Shown: positions 1 through 8,953 of the stretch, piece by piece
How the letters are laid out: each line of letters begins with the position of its first letter
How positions within the stretch are numbered: position 1 is the stretch's first letter
Assembly (NCBI GenBank): GCA_016200345.1
Contig: JACQEX010000022.1
Span: forward strand, 1-37,101
DNA: 37,101 nt
Direction of reading: 5' to 3'
From: Nitrospinota bacterium
GTDB lineage: Bacteria > Nitrospinota_A > UBA7883 > JACRGQ01
The notes under the pieces: generated by a model
Seen by the model: only the letters and a program-made list of their open reading frames with translations
Database searches by the model: none
What the model was told of the DNA's origin: nothing
Translations under genes and position numbers: made by a program

Positions 1-99
1 GTTAAAGCGTTAACATTTATTAAGGCATTTTTCGTTCCAAAAGCGCCAAATTGCAACTCATTGTATTGAAAGAAAAAATTTCAAAAACTTTGTTTGGCG

Positions 100-117
100 T
101 TGTACTGGTGTTATACT
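100..117 (+). promoter_or_regulatory. putative sigma70-type promoter with extended -10 (TGtTATACT, -10 at 112-117) in the AT-rich leader upstream of the sensor gene
   Basis: AT-rich (about 33% GC) 170-bp leader, unlike the GC-rich coding DNA. TG dinucleotide at 109-110 sits one base before TATACT. The -35 is poor. Confidence 0.3.
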
Positions 118-173
118 AAATCATAAATAAAACCTCGCCAGACGGTGCTGTCAGTGGTGCGGTTTACTCATAA

Positions 174-1676
174 GTGCAAAGTTGGTTGGATTTTTTCGTT
201 GGAGCGGCATTGGATAATCTTTCACAAAAAGTGAACAAAGACGATTCTAGTACTCATGCCGGACTTTTGTCCTTACGTGCCAAGCTTATACGCTCCTTCG
301 TCGTGGTGGGGGTCATCGGCGTCTCCATAATGGCGGCTGTCATGCTGATTTACCAATACAACGTCTCAAAAGAGGAATTCATCTCGCAATCGCGGGAAAG
401 GGTGGAGCTTATCAGAACCGGCCTGCTTTCAACCATGATGGCGACCGGGGACCAGGAGACAATAAGGCGGACGGTTGACACGTTTAAGAAAAAGGTCAAC
501 TTTCATTTTCGCATGGTGCGCGGGGCGCACGTGCGAATGCAGTTCGGCGACCGCGAGGGGGAGATTCCCCGCGACGAGGTGGAAAGGGACGTTTTAAGCG
601 GGGCGTTGGGGGAGTTTTCGAGCCTTGAGGGGGACACGTTTAGGTTTGTGGCGCCGTTTAAGACGGACGAGCGTTGCGGCAGATGCCACGATGGGATGGA
701 CCGCAAGCCGGTTCCGGCGGGGATTGTGAACGGGCTGGCGGAATTTGTGTTCGACGTGTCCGAGGCGAGAAGGCACGCGATAATTTTGATGATGGAGACA
801 ATTCTCTTTGTGGTGGCTATTATGGCCTTCACGGGCATCGCCTTGTATTTGACTCTGATTCGGTCGGTTGTGAAGCCGGTTGGAAAAATAGCCGACGCCG
901 TCGGGGCGATAAGCTCCGGCGACATGAATTTTACGCTTGGCGAACCGGAAAGCATCGAGATTGCCGTGCTTACAAGACAGGTGACAAGCATGGCCGAGGC
1001 GGTGAGCGCGAGACGGGTGGAGCACGAGGCGGAGTTGCGGGAGGAACAAAAGAAAAACGAGCTGATACGGTCGTTTGCGGTGGAGCACGCGGAGAAGCTA
1101 GGCATCGCCGACCAGGCGGACGTTTCCGGGCTTATCAAGCGGCTTTCGTCCGCCGTGTCGGAGGTGGAAAAGGCCGACATGCTTCGCATAATCTGCCAGT
1201 TCGTCAAAACGGAAAAAAAGGAGATACACCTTACAAACGACCCGTCGCTCATTCGGCCGGCCGCCATTTACCTCACCGACCTTATCGCCGGGAAAAACGG
1301 TGGGATTAGAAAAGGGGCGATGGAGCTTGCCTTGGAGGAGGCCATTACAAATTCCATGATTCACGGGAATTTGGAGGTCGAATCAATTTTAAAAGAGGAG
1401 GATCCGCAAAGGTTTGACGCGCTGGTCGCGGAGAGGGGACAAACCGATCCGTACCGGACGCGGGAGGTAAAGATTTTTTACGAATACTCGGGCACGGAGG
1501 CGCGCTTTGTCATCGCGGACATGGGGGACGGTTTTGACTGGAGGGCCAGGGTTGAAAAGGAGGTCGAGCCGGACATGATGCCGCACGGACGGGGGATATT
1601 CATAATCCGGGCGTTTGCAAAAAGTTTGATGTACAACGACTCCGGCAATTCAATGACCATCACCTTCGAAATTTAA
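174..1676 (+). CDS. membrane sensor protein: TM helix, periplasmic domain with a CXXCH motif, second TM helix, HAMP domain, C-terminal GHKL/HATPase_c domain (RsbW/SpoIIAB-like); no recognisable DHp H-box
   Basis: Sole ORF at this locus (overlapping antisense frames treated as artefact); GTG start directly after an in-frame TAA. Hydrophobic segments at about aa 40-62 and 203-227. CGRCH at aa 167-171 lies between them. HAMP-like amphipathic segment follows TM2. C-terminus carries an N-box-like EEAITNSMIHG, a G1-like DMGDGF and a G2-like GRGIFII. Confidence 0.6.
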   Translation: MQSWLDFFVGAALDNLSQKVNKDDSSTHAGLLSLRAKLIRSFVVVGVIGVSIMAAVMLIYQYNVSKEEFISQSRERVELIRTGLLSTMMATGDQETIRRTVDTFKKKVNFHFRMVRGAHVRMQFGDREGEIPRDEVERDVLSGALGEFSSLEGDTFRFVAPFKTDERCGRCHDGMDRKPVPAGIVNGLAEFVFDVSEARRHAIILMMETILFVVAIMAFTGIALYLTLIRSVVKPVGKIADAVGAISSGDMNFTLGEPESIEIAVLTRQVTSMAEAVSARRVEHEAELREEQKKNELIRSFAVEHAEKLGIADQADVSGLIKRLSSAVSEVEKADMLRIICQFVKTEKKEIHLTNDPSLIRPAAIYLTDLIAGKNGGIRKGAMELALEEAITNSMIHGNLEVESILKEEDPQRFDALVAERGQTDPYRTREVKIFYEYSGTEARFVIADMGDGFDWRARVEKEVEPDMMPHGRGIFIIRAFAKSLMYNDSGNSMTITFEI

Positions 1677-1677
1677 A

Positions 1678-1734
1678 GCAGTAAACGACCATATACTTCC
1701 GCCATGCAAGTCAGAGCGTGCATCATTGCCACCA
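1678..1734 (-). repeat. inverted dispersed copy (about 88% identity) of a segment of the tandem array at the 3' end of the window (36966-37022)
   Basis: Reverse complement of 1678-1734 aligns with 36966-37022 (tggtggcaatgatgcacgctctgacttgcatggcggaagtatatggtcgtttactgc versus tagtggcaataatacacactctgacttggatggcggaagtacatggtcgtttactgc). Confidence 0.7.
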
Positions 1735-1736
1735 AT

Positions 1737-1787
1737 GGTAGGCACGGCAATCCTGCCGTGCAGGGCGACAGGATTGTCGCCCCTACC
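1737..1787. repeat. compound hairpin element: outer stem GGTAGG/CCTACC enclosing two perfect tetraloop hairpins (CACGGCA-ATCC-TGCCGTG and GGGCGACA-GGAT-TGTCGCCC)
   Basis: Perfect inverted repeats read directly from the sequence. The 12-mer GGTAGGCACGGC also occurs in the spacer units of the 3' tandem array. Sits between the convergent sensor and permease genes. Confidence 0.6.
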
Positions 1788-1803
1788 GGATTGGGAAAAT
1801 ACA

Positions 1804-2925
1804 CTAGCCGAGTTTTCTGCGGAAGCGGAGAATGCTAAGCGAAAGCACCAGCGCGCCGATGGCCAAAAGCGCGACGGCGTCGGGCCACAAAACGTCGAGG
1901 CCGGTCCCCTTTAGGAATATCGCGCGCACCGCCTCGAGCATATAGCGCAGGGGAACGGCGAGCGTCACGTATTGTATCGCCTGCGGCATGTTGGCGATGG
2001 GAAAGACGAAGCCCGAAAAATACATGAACGGAATAAAAAAGCCGAACTGCCCTATCATCAGCGCCTGTTGGCGGGTGTTTGCGATGGTGGAGACAAAGAG
2101 GCCGATGCCGAGGGTGGTTAGGATGAACGCGAGGGCCATGACGTAAATCAGGCCGATGTTTCCGCGCGGGGGAACCTCGAACCAATAAATGGCCACCAGC
2201 ATGACGAGCGTCACGTCCACCATGCCGACCAGCACGAACGGCAACAGCTTCCCTAGAATCAACTGGTACGGCTTGATTGGGGCGACCAACAGCTGTTCCA
2301 GCGTGCCTATCTCCTTTTCCTTTACGATTGCCATCGCCGTGATGGTCAGGGTTACTATCATAAGCACCAGCACGACCACGGCGGGAATCATGAAGTTTCT
2401 GCTTTTGAGGGACTCGTTGTACAGAACCCTGTATTGCGGCGTAATGCCGCCGGGTTTGACGGGCGAGGTTTCGAGAAGTTTTTCCGCCAGCGCGCGGGAG
2501 TAGTTGTTGATGATGAGGGTGGAGTATCCGAGCGCGATGTTTACGGAGTTGGCGTCGGTTCCGTCGGCTATCAGCTGTAGCCGCGCCGTGCGGCGGGCGA
2601 GCACGTCCGCTGAAAACTTCCTCGGTATCACGAGCGCAATCCACGCCTTTCCGCGCTCCAATTGTTCGTCGGTTTTTTTGTCCGAGTCGAGCCACGCGGA
2701 AATTTCGAAGTAGCCGGAGTTTGTGAATCCGTTTATCAGGCTCCTGCTTTCGCTCGTCCGGTCGGCGTCGTAAATCGCAATCGGTATGGAGCGCACGTCG
2801 GTGGTGGCGGCGTATCCGAGGAGGACGAGCTGTATCACCGGTGCGACTATGACCATGAAGCGCATTCTTTTGTCGCGCGAAAGCTGTTTTAGCTCCTTGA
2901 TGATGAGATGGTAAACCGCCCTCAT
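1804..2925 (-). CDS. ABC-2 family transporter permease (YbhR-like)
   Basis: 373-aa ORF, six predicted TM helices in the C-terminal half, large N-terminal extracytoplasmic loop. Stop overlaps the upstream permease gene by 4 nt. Confidence 0.85.
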   Translation of the reverse strand: MRAVYHLIIKELKQLSRDKRMRFMVIVAPVIQLVLLGYAATTDVRSIPIAIYDADRTSESRSLINGFTNSGYFEISAWLDSDKKTDEQLERGKAWIALVIPRKFSADVLARRTARLQLIADGTDANSVNIALGYSTLIINNYSRALAEKLLETSPVKPGGITPQYRVLYNESLKSRNFMIPAVVVLVLMIVTLTITAMAIVKEKEIGTLEQLLVAPIKPYQLILGKLLPFVLVGMVDVTLVMLVAIYWFEVPPRGNIGLIYVMALAFILTTLGIGLFVSTIANTRQQALMIGQFGFFIPFMYFSGFVFPIANMPQAIQYVTLAVPLRYMLEAVRAIFLKGTGLDVLWPDAVALLAIGALVLSLSILRFRRKLG

Positions 2926-4079
2926 GCCGCTTTCCTCTGCTGTTCCATTTTGTACGCGCTAAACCCGAGGGTGACCGTTGCGAAAATGAAAAGATAGGAC
3001 ATCTCCGGCCAATAGACGCTTGGGCCGAGCCCCTTTAGCATCACGTCCCTCAGGATAATTATGAAAAACTTCGACGGGGTTACGTTCGACAGAATTTGGA
3101 GGAACACCGGCATGCTTTTTATCGGAAAGACGAGCCCCGAAAGCAAAAAGGTGGGAAGTATCGAGGAGAGAACGGACATCATGAACGCCACCTGCTGTGT
3201 GTCGGCAAAAACCGATATCAACATCCCCTGGCCGAGCGCCGCCAAAAGAAAAAGTAAAATCCCGGCGTAGAGCCACAAAATTTCGCCGCGAATCGGGACG
3301 TGGAACAGGAAATAGGCCATGCAAAGCACGAAGACGGAGGATATCAGCGCGTTGAGGAGATGCGGAAGGGTTTTCCCGATGATTATCTCCACGGTGTTCA
3401 GCGGGGAGACGGTCAACTGCTCTATGGTTCCCTGCTCCTTTTCCCTCACCACGGAAAGCGCGGTGGAGACCACGGCGCTAAGCATCAGTATGAAGCCGAT
3501 GAATCCGGGGACGAGGAATTTGGGGCTTGCAAGCTCCGGGTTGTACCAAATCTTCGGCCTCAGGTCTATCGGGTCGTATCGGTCAATTCCTTTTCTTTCC
3601 ATGAAGGACGCCAATATTTTTCCCGACCAGGCCTGTATTATGCCGCCCATGTAGCCAAGCGAGATGGTGCCGGTGTTCGAGTCGGCCCCGTTTACGAGCA
3701 CCTGCACCTGCACGTTTTTGTCCGCCAGCAGGTCCTTTGAAAAGTCGCGGGGGATGACGATTACGGCGGTGGCGACGCCGGAGTTTAAAACGTCGTCCGC
3801 CTGCCTGTAGGCGCCCAGCTCGCCCGCCTGGTCGAAATAGTTGGATTGGAAGAAGCCCCTTTGGAAGTCGCGGGAGAGCGACGTTTTGTCGAGGTCGTAA
3901 AATGCGAGCTTGATGTGCTTGACGTCAAAATTTAGCGCGTAACCGATCATGAACATAAGAAAGGCGGGAATGAGCAGTAGTATGGCGAGCGAGACTTTGT
4001 CCCTTCGCACCTGTCGAAATTCCTTCGTCACCATCGGCTTGATTCTGCGAAGTGAGGCGAGGAGTCCGAAATTTGGCAT
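2922..4079 (-). CDS. ABC-2 family transporter permease (YbhS-like)
   Basis: 385-aa ORF with the same architecture as its paralogous neighbour. Its 3' end overlaps the neighbouring permease (1804-2925) and it starts 1 nt after the stop of the ATPase gene (4080-5012). Confidence 0.85.
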   Translation of the reverse strand: MPNFGLLASLRRIKPMVTKEFRQVRRDKVSLAILLLIPAFLMFMIGYALNFDVKHIKLAFYDLDKTSLSRDFQRGFFQSNYFDQAGELGAYRQADDVLNSGVATAVIVIPRDFSKDLLADKNVQVQVLVNGADSNTGTISLGYMGGIIQAWSGKILASFMERKGIDRYDPIDLRPKIWYNPELASPKFLVPGFIGFILMLSAVVSTALSVVREKEQGTIEQLTVSPLNTVEIIIGKTLPHLLNALISSVFVLCMAYFLFHVPIRGEILWLYAGILLFLLAALGQGMLISVFADTQQVAFMMSVLSSILPTFLLSGLVFPIKSMPVFLQILSNVTPSKFFIIILRDVMLKGLGPSVYWPEMSYLFIFATVTLGFSAYKMEQQRKAA

Positions 4080-5012
4080 TTACTCCACCTGTGCGCCCAT
4101 GACGCGCAGGAAGACGTCGTTAAGCGTCGGGGCGACCGGGCCGAGCCGTTTAATCTCGATGTTTCTTTGCCTCAGGGAATTTCTGACGGCGGTCTCTCCG
4201 TCAACCTCGAACTCCACGCCGACGTGAAGGTGAATTCCGAAAAGCGAAATCTCCCTCAGCCAAGGCTCCCCGCGAAGCGCGGCGGTCGCGTCGTCCAGTC
4301 GTTCCGTCTCCAGCTCGAACAGGCGGTAGGTTATGTGTTTTTCCTTGAGGGATTTCGGACTGCCGTCGGCCATTATTTTGCCGTCGTTGAGCATGACGAT
4401 GTTGTTGCAGTACTCCGCCTCGTCGAGATAATGGGTTGTCACCAGCGACGTCACACCTTTGTCCGAAAGGCCGCCTATCAGCTCCCAAAACTCCCTGCGC
4501 GACACGGGATCCACCCCTGCGGTCGGCTCGTCCAGAAACACTATCGGCGGCTCGTGAATTATCGCGCAACCAAGCGCGAGGCGTTGCCGCCATCCGCCCG
4601 AGAGCGTGCCGGTCATGCTGTTTGATTTTTCCCGGAGTCCCGCCATGTCCAGCACCCATTTGGAGCGTTCCCTTACCGACTCGTTGGAGAGGCCGTACAC
4701 GCCGCCGAAGAAGCGGATGTTTTCCTCCACGGTCAAATCCTCGTACAGCGAGAATTTTTGGGACATATAGCCGATTCTTTTTTTTACGAGGTCGGCGTTT
4801 TTTGAGACGTCCAGCCCGTCCACCATCGCGGAGCCGGAGGTCGGCTCCAACAGTCCGCATAGGAGCCTTATGGTGGTTGATTTTCCGGCGCCGTTGGGGC
4901 CGAGGAATCCGAAAATATTCCCGCGCTCGATTTTAAAGCTGACTCCGTCCACAGCGGTGAACGAGCCGAAAACCTTGGTGAGGTCGCGGGCCTCTATCGC
5001 GTAATCGGGCAT
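4080..5012 (-). CDS. ABC transporter ATP-binding protein (half of a split YbhF-like ATPase)
   Basis: Walker A GPNGAGKST, ABC signature LSGGWRQR, Walker B IVFLDEPT. Confidence 0.9.
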   Translation of the reverse strand: MPDYAIEARDLTKVFGSFTAVDGVSFKIERGNIFGFLGPNGAGKSTTIRLLCGLLEPTSGSAMVDGLDVSKNADLVKKRIGYMSQKFSLYEDLTVEENIRFFGGVYGLSNESVRERSKWVLDMAGLREKSNSMTGTLSGGWRQRLALGCAIIHEPPIVFLDEPTAGVDPVSRREFWELIGGLSDKGVTSLVTTHYLDEAEYCNNIVMLNDGKIMADGSPKSLKEKHITYRLFELETERLDDATAALRGEPWLREISLFGIHLHVGVEFEVDGETAVRNSLRQRNIEIKRLGPVAPTLNDVFLRVMGAQVE

Positions 5013-5034
5013 GGGCCTTGCCTCCGCTTTGTTG

Positions 5035-6378
5035 TTACTCCGCCTGCGCCTCCGGGGCGCCGACCGATTTTTTCATCCTCGCGTCGGCTATCTCGTAGTC
5101 CGCCGTCGCGACGGTCAGGTTTAACTGCGATTGTAAAAGGGCCACCTCCGCGTCCAAGACGTCCGTGTTTGTGGCGAATCCGCCCGAGAACCTGTTTTTT
5201 GTGATTCTAAGGCTTTCCTCCGCCTGCTCGACCGCGAGCCGCGCGATTGCGATTCTGTCGCTGGCCTGTTTTAGGAAGAGATAGCTTTGGTTGACGTCGA
5301 GAGTCGCGGAGTCCCTAAGCTGTTCAAGGCCGAACGAGGCCTCGGAGCGAGTGGCCTCCGCCTGTTGAACGCGGTATTTCACCGCGCCCCAGTCGAGCAG
5401 GTTGTACGTCACGGCGATGCCCACGTCCCACGACCAGTTCCAGGTGTCGGTCGCCGGAAAATATCTTTGGTTTGGATCCATGTAGTCGGCCTCTCCGAAC
5501 AGGGAGACTTGAGGGAAGAGGGCGCCCCTTGCGGATGTGATGGCGGAGGACGAGGCGTCGATTCGCAACATCGCGGCCTTTACGTCGGGTCTGTTCTCTT
5601 TTGCCTCCTCCAGATATTGGGAGAGTTGTTTTAGCGGCTTGTTTTCCTGCTGTAGCTTTGTGGTCGGCTCTATCTCGGTGTCAAGCGGCACTCCTATGAT
5701 GTTGTTAAGCGTCATCATGGAGAGTTTTGCGTTGTTGTCCGCGTCGGCGAGCGAAAATCTGGTGTTTGAGAGTTGCACCTCCGCCTTCAGCTGTTCGTCC
5801 TTAAGAATTATTCCGGCCTTGACCATGTTTTGCACGTCCTCGAGGTGTTGCTGGATTTGTTGCACGTTTTTTTCTAGCACGGATTTGACCCTTAGCGCCT
5901 TGTACACGTTCCAGTAGGCGGTTCTTACGGAGTACGCAAGCTCCATTTTGTCGTTTGCCACGTCGGTGCGGGCCGCCATTGCGCTGTAGTCGGCGGACTG
6001 TTCGGCCCCCTTAATCGTGCCGCCCGTGAAAAGCGGCTGTAGCACCGCCGCCTTCAGCGCGTACGTGTTGGGGATGTTGGTGGTCAACGGCGTGTTTACC
6101 CAGGGGCCGCCCGGCCCCATCTGCATCGGGATCGAAAGCGACGGGACGTCGCTAAGCCTCGTGTACGTTCCCGAAAGGTTTATGGTCGGTTTTCCGGCGG
6201 TGGTAGTTTCCTTGTGCTTGGAGACCGCGAAATCCTCCTTTGATTTGGAGATGTGGAGCAGTTTGTTGTTCTTCATCGCAAGGCCGACCGCCTCGTCCAC
6301 CCCAAGCTGTTTTTTTTCCGCCGCCAGGCACAGCGACGGCAGAATCACCAGCGACAAACCGAACAATAATTTTTTCAT
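5035..6378 (-). CDS. TolC-family outer-membrane efflux protein
   Basis: Signal peptide MKKLLFGLSLVILPSLCLA. 447 aa with the two-repeat OEP-like coiled-coil/beta composition. Embedded inside the ABC efflux operon. Confidence 0.85.
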   Translation of the reverse strand: MKKLLFGLSLVILPSLCLAAEKKQLGVDEAVGLAMKNNKLLHISKSKEDFAVSKHKETTTAGKPTINLSGTYTRLSDVPSLSIPMQMGPGGPWVNTPLTTNIPNTYALKAAVLQPLFTGGTIKGAEQSADYSAMAARTDVANDKMELAYSVRTAYWNVYKALRVKSVLEKNVQQIQQHLEDVQNMVKAGIILKDEQLKAEVQLSNTRFSLADADNNAKLSMMTLNNIIGVPLDTEIEPTTKLQQENKPLKQLSQYLEEAKENRPDVKAAMLRIDASSSAITSARGALFPQVSLFGEADYMDPNQRYFPATDTWNWSWDVGIAVTYNLLDWGAVKYRVQQAEATRSEASFGLEQLRDSATLDVNQSYLFLKQASDRIAIARLAVEQAEESLRITKNRFSGGFATNTDVLDAEVALLQSQLNLTVATADYEIADARMKKSVGAPEAQAE

Positions 6379-6402
6379 TCTATTCCCCTAAAAAAACTTC
6401 GC

Positions 6403-7329
6403 CTATCTCGTTAGTAGAGAGATAAAGACATTTTCAAGCGACGGCGGTATTATCCGCATCCCGCCCGGCTCCACGCCGGCGTTTTTCATCGCAAGCTCCG
6501 CCGCCGGCATCGCCGAGGCCCCGTCGCCCACCGACACGTTCAGCCTGTCGCCGAACGACTGAACGTCGAGCATTCCGGGCAAAGCCTCGAGGATTTTTTT
6601 CGCCTCGCGGGGCCTTTCGCAGACTATCTCCAAAATTTCCCCCTTCATCATTTTTTTGACGTTGTGCGGCGTGTCCACCGCCAGCAGGCTACCGTCGTGG
6701 CTAATCAAGGCTATTCTTCCGCACCTCTCGGCCTCGTCCATGTACGGGGTGCTCATGATTATGGTTATGCCGGTGCTTAGCAGGCTGGACAAAATTCTCC
6801 AAAAATCCATTCTCGACACCGGGTCCACGCCCGTCGTCGGCTCGTCCAAAAAAATAATTTTTGGTTTGTGGATGATGGCGCAAACGAGGGCAAGCTTTTG
6901 CTTCATGCCGCCGGAAAGCTGGTCGGCCAGCCTTTTTTTAAACGGGGCCAGACGGGTGAACTCCAAAAGCTCCGCCTCACGCCCGCGCCTGTCGAAAACC
7001 CCGTGTATCTCGGCAAAGAATGCGATGTTCTCCTCCACAGTGAGGTCGCCGTACAGCGAGAATCGCTGTGAAAAATATCCGACGTCGTTTTTAATTATCT
7101 CGCGATTTTCCCTGGGGTTTTTGCCGAACAAAAGCGCCCTGCCCGCGGTCGGGGCCATAAGGCCGCACAACAGCCTTATGAGCGTGGATTTCCCGCCGCC
7201 GTTCGGCCCCACGAGGCCGAACATCTCGCCGCGCGCGACGTTAAAGGATACGCCTTCCACATTGCGGGTGCCGCCGTAATCCTGCGCCAGTTCTTCGGCG
7301 GTGACGGCGTAATTAAATTCGTTCGTCAT
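6403..7329 (-). CDS. ABC transporter ATP-binding protein (second half-ATPase)
   Basis: Walker A GPNGGGKST, signature LSGGMKQK, Walker B IIFLDEPT. Start overlaps the hlyD stop. Confidence 0.9.
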   Translation of the reverse strand: MTNEFNYAVTAEELAQDYGGTRNVEGVSFNVARGEMFGLVGPNGGGKSTLIRLLCGLMAPTAGRALLFGKNPRENREIIKNDVGYFSQRFSLYGDLTVEENIAFFAEIHGVFDRRGREAELLEFTRLAPFKKRLADQLSGGMKQKLALVCAIIHKPKIIFLDEPTTGVDPVSRMDFWRILSSLLSTGITIIMSTPYMDEAERCGRIALISHDGSLLAVDTPHNVKKMMKGEILEIVCERPREAKKILEALPGMLDVQSFGDRLNVSVGDGASAMPAAELAMKNAGVEPGGMRIIPPSLENVFISLLTR

Positions 7330-8270
7330 TTCGGCAGTCCGTCCAAGGTAAAGCCGTTTAACAAGACCGCGTCGGCGGGCATTCCCGGTTTTAGCTTTTG
7401 CTCCGGGTTGGGCACCTCCACCTTCACGCCGAAGACAAGCTTCGTCCTGTCGTCCTTTGTCTGCACGTTCTTGGGGGTGAACTCGGCCACGGATGAGATG
7501 TAGACCACCTTTCCCTTGAACGGCCTGTTCGGGTAGGAGTCTATAAACACGTTTGCCGGCTGGCCGATTCGCACCTTTGAAAGCTCGGCCTCGGAGACGT
7601 ATATCATAATGTTGGCGGGGTCGAGTTTCGAGATTTTAAAAAGGCGGGTGTTCGGCATGACGTCGTCCCCCTCCTCGACGGATTTTTGCGTGACCACCCC
7701 GTCCACTGGGGAGACGATCGAGGCGTCCCTGATGTATTTTTCCACCTCGTCCTGTTGAGCCCTGGCAAGGGCCAGCCTTGCCCCGGCGGCGTCCTTCTCC
7801 TCCGGCAGGAGGCCGGCCTTAAGTTTGTTTCGCGCCTCTTTTGCGACCGTCACCCTTGCCAGCGCGTCGTCGTACTGTCTTTGCGTGCCGGCGCCTGTTT
7901 TTAGCAAATCTTTGGAACGCTCGAACTCGGACTCCGCGAAGGCCAGGTTCGCCTCGGCCTGTCGCAAATCCTCGGCGCGGAACCCCCTTTTTGCCAGCCT
8001 GTGCTGGGCGTCGGCCAGCGCGACGTTTGCCTTGGCCTGGCGAAGCTGAATCTCCAAATTTGTCGGGTCAATGCGGGCGAGGACGTCGCCTTTTTTTACC
8101 TTGCTCCCCTCGTCCGCGGCGAGGGCCACGACGGAGCCGGAGATTTTTGAGTTCAGCGTGACCTCCACCGTCTCGATGGTGCCGGACGCGGTTATCGTGT
8201 CGGATTTCGGGCCGGAGCAGGCCGTAAAAAGTACGGCGAGAAGAAGCGCCAAGGTTTTGATTTTTTTCAC
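7326..8270 (-). CDS. HlyD-family membrane fusion/periplasmic adaptor lipoprotein (YbhG-like)
   Basis: Lipobox LFTAC-S, coiled-coil region, C-terminal beta-barrel motifs typical of HlyD_3. Confidence 0.85.
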   Translation of the reverse strand: MKKIKTLALLLAVLFTACSGPKSDTITASGTIETVEVTLNSKISGSVVALAADEGSKVKKGDVLARIDPTNLEIQLRQAKANVALADAQHRLAKRGFRAEDLRQAEANLAFAESEFERSKDLLKTGAGTQRQYDDALARVTVAKEARNKLKAGLLPEEKDAAGARLALARAQQDEVEKYIRDASIVSPVDGVVTQKSVEEGDDVMPNTRLFKISKLDPANIMIYVSEAELSKVRIGQPANVFIDSYPNRPFKGKVVYISSVAEFTPKNVQTKDDRTKLVFGVKVEVPNPEQKLKPGMPADAVLLNGFTLDGLPK

Positions 8271-8272
8271 GG

Positions 8273-8905
8273 TCAGTTTTTCCCGTCAAAGAGGACGCGT
8301 AATTTTTGTCTCGCCTCGTCGGTCAGCGTCCCCTCGTGAATAATGCTGAAGATTCCCGCGAAGGCCAGTTTTGCGTCCAAGGAATTTTGGGAGATGGTGA
8401 CGGGGTTCAAAATTCCCTGTACGGAGGCCAGCACCACGAGGATTATCAGGCTTTGATCCACCTCTTTCCTAATGAAGCCGAGCCTGACGCCGTCGGAAAG
8501 CATTTTTGAGTAGCGCAACAAAATCTGGCGTTTCCGATATTCGTCAAGTTTTTTCCAGAGGTCGGGCCTTCTGCGTTGCAGGTTTTCCATAAACAGGGGG
8601 CCTTTTTGGTAGATGGCCTCGGAGACAAGTGTGAAAAGCCCGAACAGCCTCTCCATAAAATCGTCCTTGGAGGCAAAAATCTCGTCCATCCTTTTTGTCA
8701 GTTCCGCAAGGTGCCGATCCATGACGACGTTGAGAATCTCGTCCTTGCTCTCGAAATTTGCGTAGATGGTTTTTTTGCTGACGCCCAGGACGCGGGCCAG
8801 CTCGTCAACGGTCACTTTGGAAAAGCCGCGCGAGAAAAAAATGTCCCTCGAAACGTCCAAGATGCGCTCCCTTACGTTTTTGTCCCGAACTTCCCCTCTG
8901 GCCAT
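8273..8905 (-). CDS. TetR/AcrR-family transcriptional regulator (YbiH/CecR-like position ahead of the ABC efflux genes)
   Basis: N-terminal HTH motif FSKVTVDELARVLGVSKKTIYANFESKDEIL. 210 aa. First gene of the minus-strand efflux operon. Confidence 0.9.
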   Translation of the reverse strand: MARGEVRDKNVRERILDVSRDIFFSRGFSKVTVDELARVLGVSKKTIYANFESKDEILNVVMDRHLAELTKRMDEIFASKDDFMERLFGLFTLVSEAIYQKGPLFMENLQRRRPDLWKKLDEYRKRQILLRYSKMLSDGVRLGFIRKEVDQSLIILVVLASVQGILNPVTISQNSLDAKLAFAGIFSIIHEGTLTDEARQKLRVLFDGKN

Positions 8906-8925
8906 GGAAGCATTGTACCACGAAT

Positions 8926-8953
8926 GGAAACTAAAATCCCGAAAACAGTTTCC
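8926..8953. promoter_or_regulatory. candidate TetR operator: GGAAACT-N14-AGTTTCC inverted repeat 20 bp upstream of the tetR start, plus a direct repeat CTAAAATCC x2
   Basis: Perfect 7-bp inverted repeat. Position immediately 5' of the regulator gene fits TetR autoregulation. Confidence 0.35.
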
